IMG/VR virus record: IMGVR_UViG_3300011337_000466
Location: 1 to 46,219 of that record
Direction: 5' to 3' (one strand)
DNA from: a virus
Taxonomy: Duplodnaviria > Caudoviricetes
Length of the DNA: 46,219 nucleotides
Positions 44,895-46,219 of this stretch are shown piece after piece (positions within the stretch are counted from its first letter, which is position 1; the number at the start of each line of letters is the position of its first letter). The position numbers and the translations under genes are program-made. The notes beneath the pieces were generated by a model. It was not told the origin of the DNA. It ran no database searches and saw only the letters and a program-made list of their open reading frames with translations.

Positions 44895-45248
44895 TTATTC
44901 ATGGTGATTAAGTGATTCTAATACTTCAGATACTTTGCTAAGTGTTTCTCCGACTCCTCGACTGTAAACTAAGTTTTTGTCTTGTACGTATCTCTCACCA
45001 TCTTGTTTTCTTAGTAATACAAGTTCGTACTTAATCAAATCTAATAACTCTTTCTTTTGTTCTTCGAGTTTACCAACCCACCAGTCTGCAATGTTTTCTG
45101 GTGTACCTACTCCGTTAGCTAATTCCATTGCGGGTTCTTTGTAAAACCATTTTACAAATTCTTCTTTCCAGTCCCTCTTATCCTCCAGCGGTATTCTCTC
45201 TATCATCTCCCTGTTTTGGTCTAGGTTTTTTTGTATTGTTTCTTCCAT
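44895..45248 (-). CDS. hypothetical protein
   Basis: 117-aa ORF. Confidence 0.7.
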   Translation of the reverse strand: MEETIQKNLDQNREMIERIPLEDKRDWKEEFVKWFYKEPAMELANGVGTPENIADWWVGKLEEQKKELLDLIKYELVLLRKQDGERYVQDKNLVYSRGVGETLSKVSEVLESLNHHE

Positions 45249-45249
45249 A

Positions 45250-45450
45250 TTATTTCTTTGAGGAGGGACTAATAATTACTTCCACCTTAATAACTGTGTA
45301 CTGTGGTTTATATAATCCAATACGTTTGTAATCTTCTAGGCACTCCTTCTTTGTTTTTGTAAAGTTATACAGGCATGGCTTATCCTTACCGTAACGTAAA
45401 CAGATACAGTACATTATTTGGGTTTCCCTACTTAGTGCTTTTGGTGTCAT
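45250..45450 (-). CDS. hypothetical protein
   Basis: 66-aa coupled ORF. Confidence 0.6.
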   Translation of the reverse strand: MTPKALSRETQIMYCICLRYGKDKPCLYNFTKTKKECLEDYKRIGLYKPQYTVIKVEVIISPSSKK

Positions 45451-45581
45451 ATAAGTTCTTCGTACTTAAAATCTTTGTCACTAATTTTCACATTACTGTT
45501 GCGATTACATACCCACTCTCTACCATTAAAGGTAAAGGTTACTCCTGTGTACATTTGTACTGCTTGTGTTCCTTCTTTCAT
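45447..45581 (-). CDS. hypothetical protein (44 aa)
   Basis: MKEGTQAVQMYTGVTF...; ATGA overlap with the next gene. Confidence 0.5.
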   Translation of the reverse strand: MKEGTQAVQMYTGVTFTFNGREWVCNRNSNVKISDKDFKYEELI

Positions 45582-45593
45582 ATTGTTTGTTAA

Positions 45594-46219
45594 TTATTGA
45601 GAGGGGGGGATTAATCTTTTATTTATTATATCTATGTACTCTTGTGAGATTTCTATTCCTAGATAATTCCTATTATTTTTCTTTGCCATTTTTAGTGTTG
45701 TTCCACTTCCTGCCATTGGGTCTAATACTATATCTCCTTCATTACTCCAAGATAATATATGGTCTTCGGCAAGTTTTTCTGGGAATGGAGCGGGGTGTTC
45801 TTGTTTTGTCTCTTGATTTATTCTCCAATTATTAAATCTTCTCCCAAATGGTTTTACAGTAATTTCTCTTTTATAAGTTGATAAACCTTCTTTATTTCTT
45901 CCACCGCTAGTAGTTTGCTTACCTGTAATTTTATTCTCCCTATCACAAATAGGATTAAAGGTATTTGGTCTTCCTTTGCTAAATATAAACATATACTCAA
46001 AGTTCTGCCAATAACAATAATTTGAACCAACAGCACCTTGACCTGTTTTCTCCCATATCATCGTATCGTGCAAATTAAAGCCTATTTCCTTGAAATAAAG
46101 TGCTTGTTTGAATGATGTTCCAGTTTCACTCCCTTTAATTGTTGCGTCTCCAACTACCCACACTACTACACCACCCTGTTTTGTTACTCGGTACAATTCT
46201 TTAGCAATTCCTTCAAAGT
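45594..46219 (-). CDS. N4-cytosine DNA methyltransferase, C-terminal part (N-terminus at 361..238 across the join)
   Basis: HPAPFPEKLA and VLDPMAGSGTT motifs; open to the window end and in frame with the SPPY-containing N-terminus. Confidence 0.92.
   Translation of the reverse strand, partial: FEGIAKELYRVTKQGGVVVWVVGDATIKGSETGTSFKQALYFKEIGFNLHDTMIWEKTGQGAVGSNYCYWQNFEYMFIFSKGRPNTFNPICDRENKITGKQTTSGGRNKEGLSTYKREITVKPFGRRFNNWRINQETKQEHPAPFPEKLAEDHILSWSNEGDIVLDPMAGSGTTLKMAKKNNRNYLGIEISQEYIDIINKRLIPPSQ
46093..46219. repeat. 127-bp exact repeat of 111-237
   Basis: Direct sequence identity. Confidence 0.95.

Noticed and set aside
1-46219. CRISPR array, diversity-generating retroelement or retron
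   Set aside because: No regularly spaced repeats and no reverse transcriptase motif. The Cas4-like nuclease is a stand-alone phage exonuclease type.
1-46219. Stop-codon reassignment
   Set aside because: Core genes (terL, portal, capsid, DnaB) are intact in the standard code, and all three stop codons are used at gene ends.

Overview
The window is an essentially complete ~46 kb, AT-rich, podovirus-like tailed phage genome. Bases 46093-46219 repeat bases 111-237 exactly, giving a ~45,982 bp circle, and bases 1-110 are an alternative DNA-methyltransferase sequence. Minus-strand morphogenesis block (13.6-38.6 kb): terminase large subunit, portal, scaffold, capsid proteins, Fn3/Thr-rich and beta-helix appendages, adaptor, nozzle, and ejection proteins with lytic-transglycosylase domains. 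Other genes: replication initiator, DnaB helicase, PD-(D/E)XK nuclease, NinG-like nuclease, M15 endolysin plus holin, two or three methyltransferases, an acidic Ocr-like protein, metallophosphoesterase, dATP/dGTP diphosphohydrolase, two homing endonucleases and an initiator tRNA-Met. I found no integrase, DNA polymerase, reverse transcriptase or CRISPR array. Leaderless, SD-less gene starts and DnaA-box-like promoter motifs suggest a Patescibacteria (CPR)-type host (inference). The most unusual content is non-coding: (1) three dispersed ~95-130 nt elements with a long closing helix and two inner hairpins whose loops are complementary; (2) an anticodon-less tRNA mimic ending in CCA; (3) a ~270 nt promoter-driven structured RNA divergent from terL; (4) an HNH gene sitting exactly between the apparent codon 1 and codon 2 of a virion gene, bounded by a short inverted repeat. 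All protein calls come from motif recognition by eye, and all RNA folds were read by eye; no database search or folding program was run.
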